DNA from: a virus
Virus record (IMG/VR): IMGVR_UViG_3300020583_000224
Coordinates: 32,001 to 96,000 of that record
DNA length: 64,000 nucleotides
Strand: one strand, 5' to 3'
In this document: positions 9,602 through 20,877 of the stretch, one piece after another
Layout of the letters: every line of letters begins with the position of its first letter
Numbering within the stretch: the first letter of the stretch is position 1
The notes under the pieces: generated by a model
Seen by the model: only the letters and a program-made list of their open reading frames with translations
What the model was told of the DNA's origin: nothing
The model's database searches: none
Program-made: the position numbers and the translations under genes

Positions 9602-10408
9602 CCCTCACCGACCGCCGCGCCGAAATCGCGGCACGCATTCCCGCAGGCGAGCACCCCTGGCGCCTCGAACCGCGCATCGTAGCCTCCGGGCTCGACGAGT
9701 GGGAGGAAGGGTTCGAGATCTGGACGGCGATCGAGGACGGCGACCACCTTGTTACCGAAGTCCACCACGAGTTCGACCCCGACGATGAGGAGTGCGACGG
9801 CGAGTCGGGCATCGTCTCCGTCCAGATCGACGCCACGCACGACATCCACCCGCAGGCCTCGGCGATCGCGCAATTCATCCTCCACGCCCGCGACGACATG
9901 ACGTGGCTGCTCGCCGAGGTCCAGCGCCTCACCGACGAACTCGACGCCCGCGAGTCGAGCAGCGACCTGGCGGCCACGCGGGAGATCGACCTCCGCGCTG
10001 ACCGCGACGCCCTTGAGGCGAAGCTTGACTCCGCGCTCTCCACCGTCACGGCGCTGACTCAGACGATCCGTGCCATCCCTGACGCCGTCGCGAATGACGC
10101 CGCGAACCTCCGCGCATGCCAGGGCGCAGCGCGACCGCCTCGCTGTCGAACGCAACCAGGCGTTGAGCGACCTTGCCGGCGCGAACGAGCAGCTCGACCA
10201 CCTCGCGGAGCGCGTTGCCGAAGTCAAAGCCGAGCGCGACGAAGCCCGCAAGGTCGCCGCCAGCCTGCTCCACGGCATCGAACTGCACGCCGGCTTCGAC
10301 GCCATCAAGACGCTCAACGTCACCGATCTCCCGGCCTGGGCCACGCCGTGGCTCGCTGCTGAGCGTTACGCCCGTGCCCGTGCCGCCACCGAGGAGACCG
10401 TGTCATGA
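9598..10408 (+). pseudogene. Ead/Ea22-like coiled-coil protein with apparent +1 frameshift near 10122-10124
   Basis: AQFILHARDDMTWLLAEVQRL motif; protein-like heptads continue in the next frame (AQRDRLAVERNQALSDL...) to an ATGA coupling at 10405. Confidence 0.6.
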
Positions 10409-11705
10409 CCGACCTGCCGTTCGACCCCGGCGCCCGGAAGCGTGTCGCCGCGTTCCTTGCAGCCCATGCAGCGCGCAGTGCCGACTATCCGTCAGCCACG
10501 CGTCCCGCCACGAAGCGGCTCGCCACCGTCAGCGCGCCCGGCTCGGATGTCGAGCACGTCTTGACCGACGACGACCTGGACGAGGTTCTGCGCCAGTTGG
10601 CGGACGCGAAGGACCGGGCCGAGATGCTCGCGGAGGCGAGCGCCGTGCACCGCGGGACGATCGACGACCTCGAAGAAGCGCTCGTCGAGGCGCGCGAGGC
10701 CCGAGACGTCTGGCTCGACACGGCGATGAAGCTCAAGGATCGCTGCGCCGATGCTCAGGCCGGGCGCAAGGCGGCCGCGACGGAACTCGCCGCGCTGAAG
10801 GCGACGCGCCCGTGCGGCCGGTCGGCGACGCATCCGCCGCACATGTGGATGAGCGCGCGGCGCGGGGTTCAGTGCGCGGGCTTCGGCGAGTGCGACGTTG
10901 CGCCTGCCGTGGCTGTGGAGCCCGCCCCGAAGCCAGCGCATGCCCCGACCCCGAACGGTCTGCTCTGCACGTGCGGCGAGCCGTTCGGGCACGACGAGCC
11001 GCTGGGTGATCTCGATGTCTGACCTGGACCTGCTCGCCGCGTCCCTCAATGACACGACCCGGCATTTGGCCGAGCACATTCAGCGGCGCGCGGAGGAGAT
11101 CGCTGATCCGCAGATCCTCGCGGTCCGGCTGGACGCGAAGGACAAGATCGACCGGTTGCGCAGCGACCACAAGTTTGAGAACCAGCGGAAGGACGACCTG
11201 ATCCGGGAGTTGCGGCGGCAGTTGGATGCGGCTGTCCGCTCCGTTGAGCGCCTGCATACCGAGGTCAAGGAGACCCGCGGAGCCGTGCGCCGTGTCGAGG
11301 TGCTGCATGTGTGGACGAACGAGGACGGCAAGAAGTTCGTGTTCGCCGACGAGTTGTGGACCGCGCTTGCCGAGGCGGGCAGTCCGGCCGCACGGGCGCT
11401 CGCGGAGATCCAGCAGCGGAGGGCCGACGCCGATGCCTGAGCCGTCCATCCAGTTCGCCACGATATTCAGGGGCCTGATCCGGTTCTTCGTCCCGGTCGT
11501 GCTCGCCACCGCGGGGGCCGGGTTCGCCGCCCGCGCGATTTACCACAACACGTCGGCGCAGGCCGTGCTCCTGGTCGTCGCCGGGACTGTCGCGGGCGCG
11601 ATCCTCGGCGCGATCTGGGTGATCAAGCACGTCGAGCAGGACCCCCGGGCCACCGACCGCGAGCAGTGCAACGTACCCGAAACCACCACCAACGAAGGGA
11701 ACTGA
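10405..11705 (+). other. hypothetical genes (10405-11022, 11015-11440 coiled-coil; 11433-11705 two-TM)
   Basis: Coupled ORFs. Confidence 0.65.
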
Positions 11706-11707
11706 CC

Positions 11708-12088
11708 GTGTCCGCAGACAACTCCTGGTCGGGCCGCGTCACTATCACGCCGCCGTTGACTTGGCAGGAGTGCAAGGTCTCGCCCGGCGTCGAGGACGTG
11801 AAACTCGACATCCACGAGGAAGACGGGCCCGACGGCCGCATCCTGACTGCCGTAGCCGTGGTTCCCGCGCGCCGGAGCGACTCGTGGTCGGCGCATACCG
11901 GGCAGGAGCTTCAGTTCCTCATCGACTCGCATCCGGGCCACGAGTTCGACGGCTACCTGAGGGTCGACTGGAAGCCCGTGTACGGCGACGGCCAGGTGCT
12001 CGCTGAGCGCTGGACGGTCGTCGAGCGCACGGTCGTGCACGAGGTGGGGCGGCTGGCCTGGGAGCTCGACGGCGGGGACGGTGCCTGA
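11708..12088 (+). CDS. DUF6205-like actinophage protein
   Basis: G.VTITPPLTWQE...DVKL...AVAVVP...LQFLID.H..HEF.GYL pattern recalled from the family. Confidence 0.5.
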   Translation: MSADNSWSGRVTITPPLTWQECKVSPGVEDVKLDIHEEDGPDGRILTAVAVVPARRSDSWSAHTGQELQFLIDSHPGHEFDGYLRVDWKPVYGDGQVLAERWTVVERTVVHEVGRLAWELDGGDGA

Positions 12089-12889
12089 TGGACAGCGCGA
12101 AGGCGATCGCCGACCTGCGTGCCGCCGTCACGAAGGCGGGCGACACGGCCCGGTTGAACACCCCGATCACGATCACGCTCGACCAGGCGCGGGCGATCCT
12201 GGGCCGCGAGGCGTGGCTGACCGATGCTGTCGTGATGGCGGCAGCGCTGTGGTTCGAGGAGATCAAGGACCCGCGTGAAGCCGACTACGCCTCCGAGTGC
12301 CTGTACGAGACGGCGGAAGACCTCAAGCAGGCCAACCCGCGACTCAAGGGCGGTGCGTGATGCCCGCGAAGTCCGCCCTGGACCGCCTCACCCAGCTCGT
12401 CGCGGAGCACCCGCACTCGCCGGCGTCCACGCGCGTGTCGCTGACGTTGGGTGAGGTGCGGGACCTGAAGTGGCGGCTCGACTGGCTGGCCGCCGAGTGC
12501 GAGTCGGCGACGGAGAAGGAAGGTGTCTGATGGCCCGCGAGTACACGCCGACGCGCCGCTGCCCGCACAGACTGTGCGTGCCGCTGCATATCGGCTTCAT
12601 CCTGCCGACGATCATCTTCGTCGTGCTGCTGTTCATGCACGGCACGGGCGGGCAGTCGCTGGGGCAGGCGAGTTTCCTGTGGGGTTTCCTGATCCTGGTC
12701 GGCGTGGTCTGTTATGCGATCGCTCGGATCGTGCACGGCCGGTCGGATAAGGAGCTCGACCGATTGGAGCGCCGCGACAAGGCGCGTCCCAGGGGGCGCC
12801 GTACCATGGACGCGGTCTGCAACACTTGTTGCGGGTTAGGGCGGCTAAGCCGTTGCCTGCCATCCCCTGGGACGCAGGGTCCAGCCTAA
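12088..12889 (+). other. three small genes (12088-12360, 12360-12530, 12530-12889 two-TM)
   Basis: TGATG couplings. Confidence 0.6.
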
Positions 12890-13030
12890 CGGTCCATGAG
12901 CAGGCTCTCGTCGGAGTACCGGTCGACGAACGAGAGCTGCCAGTTCGCCGGTAGTTGCTCGCCGCAGTCCGGGTCGGTACAGAGCCACGCGATACGGTTG
13001 CCGTCCACGTCAGCGATGGGGCGTTTCCTG

Positions 13031-13138
13031 GGCCAGGCCGCTGCCCGCCTTCCCACCTGCGGCGACGCCAGGTGCCTTGCGGGAAACCGCAGGTCGCGTT
13101 GCGCGGTCGGTCGGGGCGGGGGCAAGCATCGGCCCGCC
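13031..13138. repeat. 108-bp dispersed direct repeat, copy 1
   Basis: Ungapped homology to 35324-35431; the last 56 bp match at 47/56 positions. Confidence 0.8.
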
Positions 13139-13165
13139 CGCGCCCGCTGCCCGTACGCTGTCTGC

Positions 13166-13522
13166 ATGTGCCGCTACGGGATGACCAACTACAAGACCCA
13201 CTACGTGTGCGTCCCGTGTCGCCGGACGCTGAAGTCTGACCCGCTGGACCTTGTCGCCGGATCGACGCCGGGCTGCCCCGAGTGCGCCGGGCCCACGCTC
13301 CATGTCGGCCGTGACTTCGCCGCTCCCCGGCGCCTGGACGACGGCGCGTGGCGCGCTCTCGCTGCTGTCCTCGACGCCGGGTTGCGGTTCGATTCGTGTG
13401 GCTGTGGCGGCCCCGGTGGGCGTCCGCGTACGCCTGCTGCGGCGCGGGCCAGGACTCGGTATGCCCAGCGGACCGGAAAGCCCGCGGCGAAGGCGCTGAG
13501 CGAGCCGTACGGCGTGTACTGA
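13166..13522 (+). CDS. zinc-ribbon protein (KTHYVCVPCR...CPEC...GRDFAAPRR family)
   Basis: CxxC pairs and CGCGGPG motif; TACGCT -10 box just upstream suggests a leaderless mRNA. Confidence 0.7.
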   Translation: MCRYGMTNYKTHYVCVPCRRTLKSDPLDLVAGSTPGCPECAGPTLHVGRDFAAPRRLDDGAWRALAAVLDAGLRFDSCGCGGPGGRPRTPAAARARTRYAQRTGKPAAKALSEPYGVY

Positions 13523-13562
13523 CGGCCGCGTTTATGCTAGACGTGCCCTGTGGCAGGGACTT

Positions 13563-13588
13563 AGGCCCCGGGCTTCGGCTCGGGGCCG
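13563..13588. terminator. hairpin between convergent genes
   Basis: GGCCCCGGGC-TTCG-GCTCGGGGCC. Confidence 0.6.
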
Positions 13589-13602
13589 TTCGCTTTGGCC
13601 TC

Positions 13603-14622
13603 CTACGCGTCGTCTACGGCGTCGAGCGGGTCCGTCAGGCACTTGTGCCACACACCGCTCGCCGAGGTGCACAGGAACGCATTCACGTACATGGCACGGG
13701 CCTTCTCTGGCGTCTCCGGCTCGTAGTAGTGGCCAGTCTCCTTGCTCGTTGGCTCCTTGTAGTCCTTGCGCATCTTGTCGTGCGCCCACTTCCAGACGCC
13801 TGCGCGGACATCCCACAGTTCGTTGAGCACTTCCTGAACCTCATCGACGGAGAGGTGAGGGATCAGCGCGATGTAGCCGTCTCGCTCGGTGCGGTTTTCC
13901 TCCGGGACGTTCGACGTCTTGCGCTGCTTCGGCACGCGTTCAGCTTGGGGAGTTTCCTGCGACTCGGCGGACCTCTTCGCGGTTGGCGCGTGAGCGTCAC
14001 CCCTTGGGCGGTCCCGCCCCGGAGCCGTCGTTCCGACGGCACGCGACGATCGCTCCCTATTACTAGGTACATAGCTAGGTGGCCGTACAACCTTGTCCAC
14101 TGGTTCGATCAAATTTGTACACTGGTCGTCTGGATCGGTGTACAAATCTGACTCCCAGACTTCAAGGTCATCTTCGGGCTCGCGAAGGTGCCAACCGTCC
14201 AGCCCGGGAACGCTCGGCAGCACTTCATCCTGGATCGACGGATCCGGGATCGTCAACTGGTACTCATCCGAGTACTCGCGGTTCACCCCGGCCTTGTACT
14301 CGCGGGCCTTGCGCATCCATCCGGTCTTCACAAGCACTTTGATGTGGCGGCGGATCGTCAGTTCGTTGCAGTGGTGGTCCGACGCCAGTCGCTCGTTGCC
14401 AGGGTGAACCTTGCTGCCGTCCGTGTTGCCGTAGGTCGACATGGTGAAGCCGAGCGCTTTGGGCCCGTCGGGGATGTTCGCGGATCGAAAGGCTTTGCGC
14501 CACGTCTTGACGTCGGCATCGTGCCCCTTGGCTTCGGCGATGATGTGCTGGCTCTTGCCGCGCGGCTTTCGAGTTGCGGGGTCGAACGGGCGACGCTTGT
14601 CGGTGGGTGCTGCTACCGTCAT
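13603..14622 (-). CDS. HTH-domain (HTH_36-like) replication initiator-like protein
   Basis: KALGFTMSTYGNTDGSKVHPGNERLASDHHCNELTIRRHIKVLVKTGWM...EYQLTIP, a winged HTH typical of phage/plasmid initiators; repeats in the linker. Confidence 0.7.
   Translation of the reverse strand: MTVAAPTDKRRPFDPATRKPRGKSQHIIAEAKGHDADVKTWRKAFRSANIPDGPKALGFTMSTYGNTDGSKVHPGNERLASDHHCNELTIRRHIKVLVKTGWMRKAREYKAGVNREYSDEYQLTIPDPSIQDEVLPSVPGLDGWHLREPEDDLEVWESDLYTDPDDQCTNLIEPVDKVVRPPSYVPSNRERSSRAVGTTAPGRDRPRGDAHAPTAKRSAESQETPQAERVPKQRKTSNVPEENRTERDGYIALIPHLSVDEVQEVLNELWDVRAGVWKWAHDKMRKDYKEPTSKETGHYYEPETPEKARAMYVNAFLCTSASGVWHKCLTDPLDAVDDA
14093..14147. repeat. AT-enriched iteron-like repeats within the second initiator gene
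   Basis: Perfect 10-bp inverted repeat ATTTGTACAC (14113-14122)/GTGTACAAAT (14138-14147); TTGTCCACTGG (14093) matches TTGTACACTGG (14115). Confidence 0.6.
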
Positions 14623-14812
14623 AGGTAGTTCTGCTCCTTGCGCGGAGTCGGGTTGGCGAGCGGGAACTCGCTGATCATCACCATTCGGCCCGGTCCTTCT
14701 GGATCGGGCCGAATGCTTGTTCTAAGTGTCCCAGAGCCTGCCGACATCCGGGACGCGACAGCGCATCTGTCGACACGTCGCGGCACACCTCGCGTACGGG
14801 ACACTGGACGGC

Positions 14813-16756
14813 ATGAAGTCCACCGTCGACCAGTTGCCGCCGCGCTGCACCCTCTGCGGCAGGGAGATCTGCTATCGCACTGGCGACGACCTCTGGGCCT
14901 GGCCCAAGGGCTGGTACCACGTCGAATCCGGCCTTCGACACTGCTATCCCTACTCGTCGCACGATCAAGCCGCACCGGCCTTGGACGGGTCCTCGTTCAC
15001 GATCGAGCGCGGCCCGGCCGACCCGAGCACCCACGCGATGGTGGCTGCGGCGACAGGCGGCGGCCCGCGGGCGCGGGAGGTCCGCCCGCAGTTCGCGAAC
15101 GAGGACCCGTTCGAGTTCGCGACCGGCACCGTGCGGTTCGGCGACGGGCCGACGATCCCCGCATCATCGTTCTCGATGGCCACCGAGCCGCCCCGTCCGG
15201 CGTACGGGTTCGAAGCGGGCAGCCTCGAGGCGCACGGCACACTGGAGATGACGCTGGACGAGGACGGCATGGGGTTCGCTGCCGTGCTCCTCGCAGGGAC
15301 AGGCCTGCCACGGCACGACCTGCGCTACGAGTACCCGGACGGCGCGGACAAGTACTGCCCGGTGTGCCATGAGCCCGCCACGGCGCTCAACGTAGAGGGC
15401 GTGGCGTTCTTCCCGTCGGGCGGCGTCAGGGACGGGGACAGCGTCTCGTTCCGGCTCGTCGGCGTGGACCCGGCCGCGTACCGGTGCGAGCCGTGCGGGC
15501 ATCAGTTCGACCGGGACGGGAAGGAGATCGAGCCGTGACTGAACTCGCACTCGACCCGGCCTGCCAGTTCGCAGCCGCCACCGCCAACTCGGACATCACC
15601 CACGACGTTTGCTGCCTCGACGAGGATGCCGAGACCGGCCGCGTCACCATGTGCGGGCTCGCACTCCCCGACGGTGACGACAGTGCCATCGCGGACGGGA
15701 TCGAACCCACCTGCGTGGTCTGCCAGGACCTACTCGGCAAGTGGGCTGAGTACGGCGACCTCTACCACGAAGATCCACGCCAGCCGGTTGTTGAGCCGTG
15801 CCGCGTGTGCCCGCGAAGCCACGGGGAGGGCGAGTGTGGATGATCTGGTGACGCATCATGAGCCCGCCCTGTACCGCTCGGGCCGTCACGGCTGCTGGGC
15901 GACCTGCGGATGCGGGCGTTGGCACTCACGGCGGTGGACGACCGTGGGCGGGGCGCACCTTGAGTTCGGGCGGCATCTCCTCGACATGAATGGCGGGAAC
16001 CGATGAAGCACAGCACCCTGACCATGGGCGACGCGGTCGCCCGCAAGTCCATCCTCCAGGTCGACACCGGCCGCAGCGCGGACCTGGTGAAGGTCAAGGC
16101 ATGCGCCGGGACCGGGCCGTACACGGTGACGGTGCGCCCAGTGACGTGGCTGGACCGGGCGTGGATGCGGCTGGGGGCGTACGTGCGGCGCCCGTGGCGG
16201 GCAGTCCGGCACTGGCGGCTCACCCGATGCGACGCGCGCTTCTGCTGGCGCCCTGAGCGGTTCGTGGACGCGGACTGGAACGGGTACTGCGGGCGGCACA
16301 AGCCCGACGGGGCGCAGGAGTTGCCGTCCCGATGAGCATCCCTGACGAACCGGCCGACTTCCTGAAGGTCCCGATGGCCGACGGCGGCAGCCGGACGCTG
16401 CTCGCGCGGTTCACCGACGGTACGGTCCTGTGCTGCATCTGCTTCGGCCGGTTCCGCATGGACGAGTTGAACCCGGTCGAGGGCGGCAGGGTTGAGGACG
16501 TGTGCAAGCAGTGTGCGGCCGACGAGATGCGGGAACTGGAGCGGCGCGCATGACCGCCGTACAGCCCTTCCCTGACGTGCCAGCCTGGCAGGAACCGCAC
16601 GAGCGCTCACAACGCTGCCTAGAACTGCTCGACAAGCTGCGGCGCGGCCGGTACCAGCCGGCCGAGTCCACGGTGTGGATGGCGGACAGCAAGGCAGCGA
16701 AGCGCGCCGGGGTGCACGAGTGGGAATGGCGCAACATCATCCTGACCAGCCGGTAG
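14813..16756 (+). other. rightward island of six Cys/His-rich small genes (14813-15538, 15535-15843, 15836-16006, 16003-16335, 16332-16553, 16550-16756)
   Basis: GTGA/ATGA couplings; several CxxC motifs. Confidence 0.65.
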
Positions 16757-16873
16757 CAGTCTGGCGGCTCAGCGTTAGGTGGCAGCGTCCCGGTGTGGCA
16801 GAGCACGGTCTTGTCGGCCGCGATACCGCGTGCCGCCGTCGTGATCGGCCTGCCGCAGTGGCCGCAGGTCTCA

Positions 16874-17341
16874 TCAGGCATCGGCTTCCGTCTCCCACCG
16901 CACGTCGTAGCCTTGCCGTTCAACGGCTTCCCGGATCTCGGTGACAAGCATCGCGCCGCCCAGTGTCAGGTATTCGTTCGCGGGATCGTCGTCCAGCGCG
17001 GTCAGGTACAGGTCGCCGACACGGGCCAAGACGGCCAGGTCGCGCTGCATGGCCTCGATCTGGGCGAGCAGGGTTGCCGGGTCGGGTCGGCCGAGGATGT
17101 CCGCGAGGATCTCGTGCTCGCAGCGGCCCGCCATCGCCGCGAACGTCTCGAGCATCCCGTCGAGGTACAGCTTCCAGTCCGGATGCTGCACGTCGGCCGG
17201 GAACGTCATCCCGTCGTCCTCATAGTCGCGCACCGGCTGCCGCCACAGCTCGAAGCCGTCACGACTGGTCGCGCGCTGCTCCCAGCCTGTGCGCAGCAGG
17301 TAGGCGTGCACCTGCTCCAGCGTTGGCGCGGCGTCAGCCAT
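16874..17341 (-). CDS. hypothetical protein
   Basis: MADAAPTLEQVHAYLLRTGW...; overlaps the DUF6221-like gene. Confidence 0.6.
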   Translation of the reverse strand: MADAAPTLEQVHAYLLRTGWEQRATSRDGFELWRQPVRDYEDDGMTFPADVQHPDWKLYLDGMLETFAAMAGRCEHEILADILGRPDPATLLAQIEAMQRDLAVLARVGDLYLTALDDDPANEYLTLGGAMLVTEIREAVERQGYDVRWETEADA

Positions 17342-17846
17342 CGATCCTCCACTCGGGCTTGAAGTCGGGGTGCCCGGCAAAGGGTGCGGCGAGCAGCTTC
17401 TCCTGCACAGCCACTGCCCCGACCGCGAACACGACGAAGGCGGCCACGGTAAGCGGCGCGTCGGCGGGAAGCGCTGCGACAGCCCCTTCCGCGTCGTGGC
17501 GTAGGACTTCCAGGTGGCGCAGCATCTGCCGTTTGGCTGCGATGTCGGCGAGCACCCGGGCCGGATCGTGGTAGGCGATGTGCCGCAGGTTCGCCTCGGC
17601 CTCGTCCTGCCACTCGGCGCTGAACGCGATGATAGGCGTCCCGTTGTACTCGCCCGCCTCGTAGTCGTTCCAATCCTCGCCCTCGTACGGGTCGCGGCCC
17701 TGAATCAGGCGCAGCGGCGTGTCGGCGGCGGCGTGCTTGTCCCGGGTTGCGCACCACTGGCCAGCGACGGGCACCTGTGTCGTCGCTTCGGCGAGTCGCT
17801 GCAGTTCGTCGTAGCGGTCCGAGATGAACCGGATGATCTCGGTCAT
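17334..17846 (-). CDS. DUF6221-family protein
   Basis: FI..RYDE...HIAYHDPARVLADIAAKRQML...LAAPFAGHPDFKPEW. Confidence 0.85.
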   Translation of the reverse strand: MTEIIRFISDRYDELQRLAEATTQVPVAGQWCATRDKHAAADTPLRLIQGRDPYEGEDWNDYEAGEYNGTPIIAFSAEWQDEAEANLRHIAYHDPARVLADIAAKRQMLRHLEVLRHDAEGAVAALPADAPLTVAAFVVFAVGAVAVQEKLLAAPFAGHPDFKPEWRIDG

Positions 17847-20279
17847 CGCCGTCTCCAGATGATGTCCGCGGGTCCGACGACGGACCCGACGCAGTACTTC
17901 GTTGCCGCCCGGCGCCGACGCATCGACCGGTTGACCTCTTGCAGCAGTTCGTCGGCCTGCTGGATCTTCTCGTAGGTCTGCTTCGTGTGCCCGAGTTCGC
18001 GCAGGATCGACCGGTAGTTGTCGGGCAGGTCGGCCCACGGGGTGGCGGGCAGCGAGCGGCGGGTCATCCGCGCATCCATGGCGGACAGGTGTGCGGACGC
18101 CCGTGGATGATCGTGCCGTCCACCTTGCGGCAGCCGTCCAAGAACCGGCCCGGCTTCGGCTGCGGCGTGGGTGTCAGTGCCGTGGCGTACCCTTCGGCCG
18201 CCCTGGCGAGGTTCGCGTTGATCACACGCACGACCTCCTCGCCGCCGGGAAGCGCTTCAAGCACGTCCATTAAGCCTTCGACGTGCGCCGGGACCGGGTC
18301 GCCGGGCAGCGCCCCTAGCACGCCGATCGGCCACGTGGCGGGGATCGTGGCCTCGCCGTACAGCATGAGGTCGGTTTGCGCGTCCGCGATGGCGCGCTGC
18401 ACGGGGGTCATGCCAGCACTCAGTTTCGCGCTCAGTTCGGCCAGTGTCGGCCCCGGTTTCGCATGCTGCCCGGCTGCGGCGATCCGTGCGTCCCGCTGCG
18501 TGTCGGGATGCTCGCGGAGCATCTGGCGGCCCTTGTCGGCGACTTCGAGGTCGCCGCGGCAGCCGCATCCGCAGCCGCTGATCACGCGTCGCCTGTCGAG
18601 CCGCCGGATCTTCGCGAGGATCAGATTCTCCGGGATCTGCGCATAGTCGTCGGGCGTCCCGCCGATGCGGTTCCAGTCGCTGGCGAGGTAGGCGGCCACG
18701 TCCCAGCGGGTGGCCCAGTAGGCGGGTTCGCCGGTTGAGGTGGGGCGGGCGTGGCGGCAGGCTTCGATGGCTTCAAGGAACAGCAGGTCGGGGATGTCGG
18801 AGCACTTGCGGTAGACCGGCACGGTGCCGACTGCGGGCTTCCACTGGGTTTCCAGGTGCCAGATCCACCGCTGGTGTTGCGGGGCGTCGTCGAGCGCGAC
18901 CCGGATGATGAAGACATCGGCGTGCGGGAGGATGCCGCGCACGTATCCTTCGATCGGCTTGCTGGTGGGGAGTATGGATGCGACGCGCTGGCCGACGGTG
19001 AATCTCGGTTCAGGCATCGCGGTCTCCTGGGTGGGCGTGTTCGCAGCCCGGGTCCTGGCAGGCGTGGAGGCCGTGCGCGGGCGCGTAGACCATGGGGAGC
19101 CCGTCGGCGGGACACGCGCAGGCCTCGTCGGCCGGTTCGACGCTCCAGCCGTCGGCAGTGTGGACCGGGGCGTAGCGTCCCCGCTCGGTGGCGGTGAACG
19201 GTTCGGCAAGCGGGAAGCGGTGTTCGCGGTCAGGCATTGAGTCCCCAGAGTGGTGAGTAGGTTGTGCGTTGGGCGATCAGCCCGCTGCGGTAGTACGCGG
19301 CGAAGCTGTCCACGACCGGCGGCGGCTTGAGCGTCTCGGGCATGTCTCGGAGCACCGCAGCCAGCGTCTCGCTGAGCACCTCGACGTCTTCCGTGGTGCC
19401 GTCGTCGTACACGCGCCGCAGGTGCCGCGCGGGAACGTCGTCGTCCTCGATGACGGGAATGCCGAGCAGTGGCGGCGGTTCCCCCGGCTCACGCTTGTTC
19501 GGCTGCAGCTTCAGGGTCAGGTACTGCAGCACGGTCGCGTCGCAGCGCAACTCGCGCAGGAACGGGCCGTGCTCCTCACGCATGCGGTCCATGGCGGCCT
19601 GGAGGTCGAGGACGTTCTGCCAGACGTCGCCAGGGGCTGGGTCAGTCATCGTCTTCGCCCTCCGCCTCGTCGAGGAACGGCCCTTCCGCAGTCTCGACGA
19701 TGATGTTCAACAACGGGCCCTCGTTCGGGTGCGGCTCACCGTACGGCCACGCGACCGAGCCGTACGACATGACGGTCCACGACCGTGCGATCACGACGTA
19801 GTTGCCGGTCAGGTCTTCCTCGTTCGGCGCGTGCTGATGGTTGAGGTAGATCAGGTCTCCGACGACGGGAGGGTGCGGCGTGGCAAGTCGCCCAGGATCC
19901 CATCCGCCGACCCAGACCATGTCGTAGCGGTAGGTCGGGGCGTCGGTGACTTTCGTTCGGCGATAGAAGCCGCACCGGACTTCGGCGGGGGCGGTCTTGC
20001 TCATGCGCTGTCGCCGCCGTTCTCGGCCGGGCATCCGAGCCAGGGGCAGTGCACCAGCTTCAGTTCGATGTGCGTCGGCCCGGTCGCGGGGGACGTCGGA
20101 TGGAAGTAAGCGGACGTGTCGCACCTGGCGCTCTCCAGGCCATACCAATGGCCGTTGAGTGTGACGCAGTTGCCTGCGGTCAGGCCGGTGAGGTCGATGT
20201 CGTGGTGAGCGCCCAGGTGCTCGGCGGCGATGGCGTGCGGTGGGGGCATCGTGGTTTCGGGCACGGGTCCAGTGTCCAC
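17843..20279 (-). other. leftward hypothetical genes (17843-18067, 18064-19017, 19010-19237, 19230-19649, 19642-20004, 20001-20279)
   Basis: Coupled overlaps; 18064-19017 carries a wHTH-like IPENLILAKIRRL...GCGCGCRGD motif. Confidence 0.65.
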
Positions 20280-20410
20280 CAAATGGTCCTACTGGCATGC
20301 CTTTTGCGGCCACGCCGTGGCCTGCGGTTTTCCAGCAACCTTTAACAGGCCGCCGTCGAATTCAAGGTTGGGCGCGTTTCCTTGAATTCCGCAGGTCGGG
20401 CCGCTGCCGC

Positions 20411-20470
20411 CTGACGGTTCCTGACGAAAGCTGACGGTCTCGGACAGCGCCGGACAGTCTCGGACACCCG
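20411..20470 (+). repeat. six tandem 10-bp-period repeats (C[T/G]GAC[G/A]N4)
   Basis: ctgacggttc ctgacgaaag ctgacggtct cggacagcgc cggacagtct cggacacccg; extra cggacagtct at 20488. Confidence 0.85.
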
Positions 20471-20667
20471 TCCGGGTTTCCTGCTCACGGACAGTCTGGC
20501 GGCGCGCTGCGGGTAGCGTGGAAGCGTTCCGGTCGTCCTTCTCGGGCACGCGCTGGAGCAGGTCGAGGTTGCCTGGTACTCCGACACGCACGCAAGCGGT
20601 CCCTCCGGCAAGAGGGGCCGCTTCGCCGTACCGGACAACCGTGCGTGGTGCGACGTCTTAGAGGGGT

Positions 20668-20877
20668 ATGGACGAACTTCGCACGCAGTTCCACGACGCT
20701 CGCCGCGCCATGATCGACGCGTTCATCGATCTTCTTACGCTCGCGCATGAGGCAGGCGTCGCCTGGGACGTCCAATCGCAGATCCAAGGCCAGTTCTGGG
20801 ACGGCAACGTCGAACTCAAGGACGCATTCGAGGCGACCAACTTCGCCGCCAAGTTTGGGCTCTGGCGACGGCCCTAA
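20668..20877 (+). CDS. small hypothetical protein
   Basis: GAGGGG RBS, 69 aa. Confidence 0.55.
   Translation: MDELRTQFHDARRAMIDAFIDLLTLAHEAGVAWDVQSQIQGQFWDGNVELKDAFEATNFAAKFGLWRRP

Noticed and set aside
13166-13522. Metabolic enzyme label (DXP synthase) sometimes attached to this family
   Set aside because: Only 118 aa with zinc-ribbon motifs; no thiamine-enzyme features
20411-20470. CRISPR-like array
   Set aside because: 10-bp period with no spacers and no cas genes
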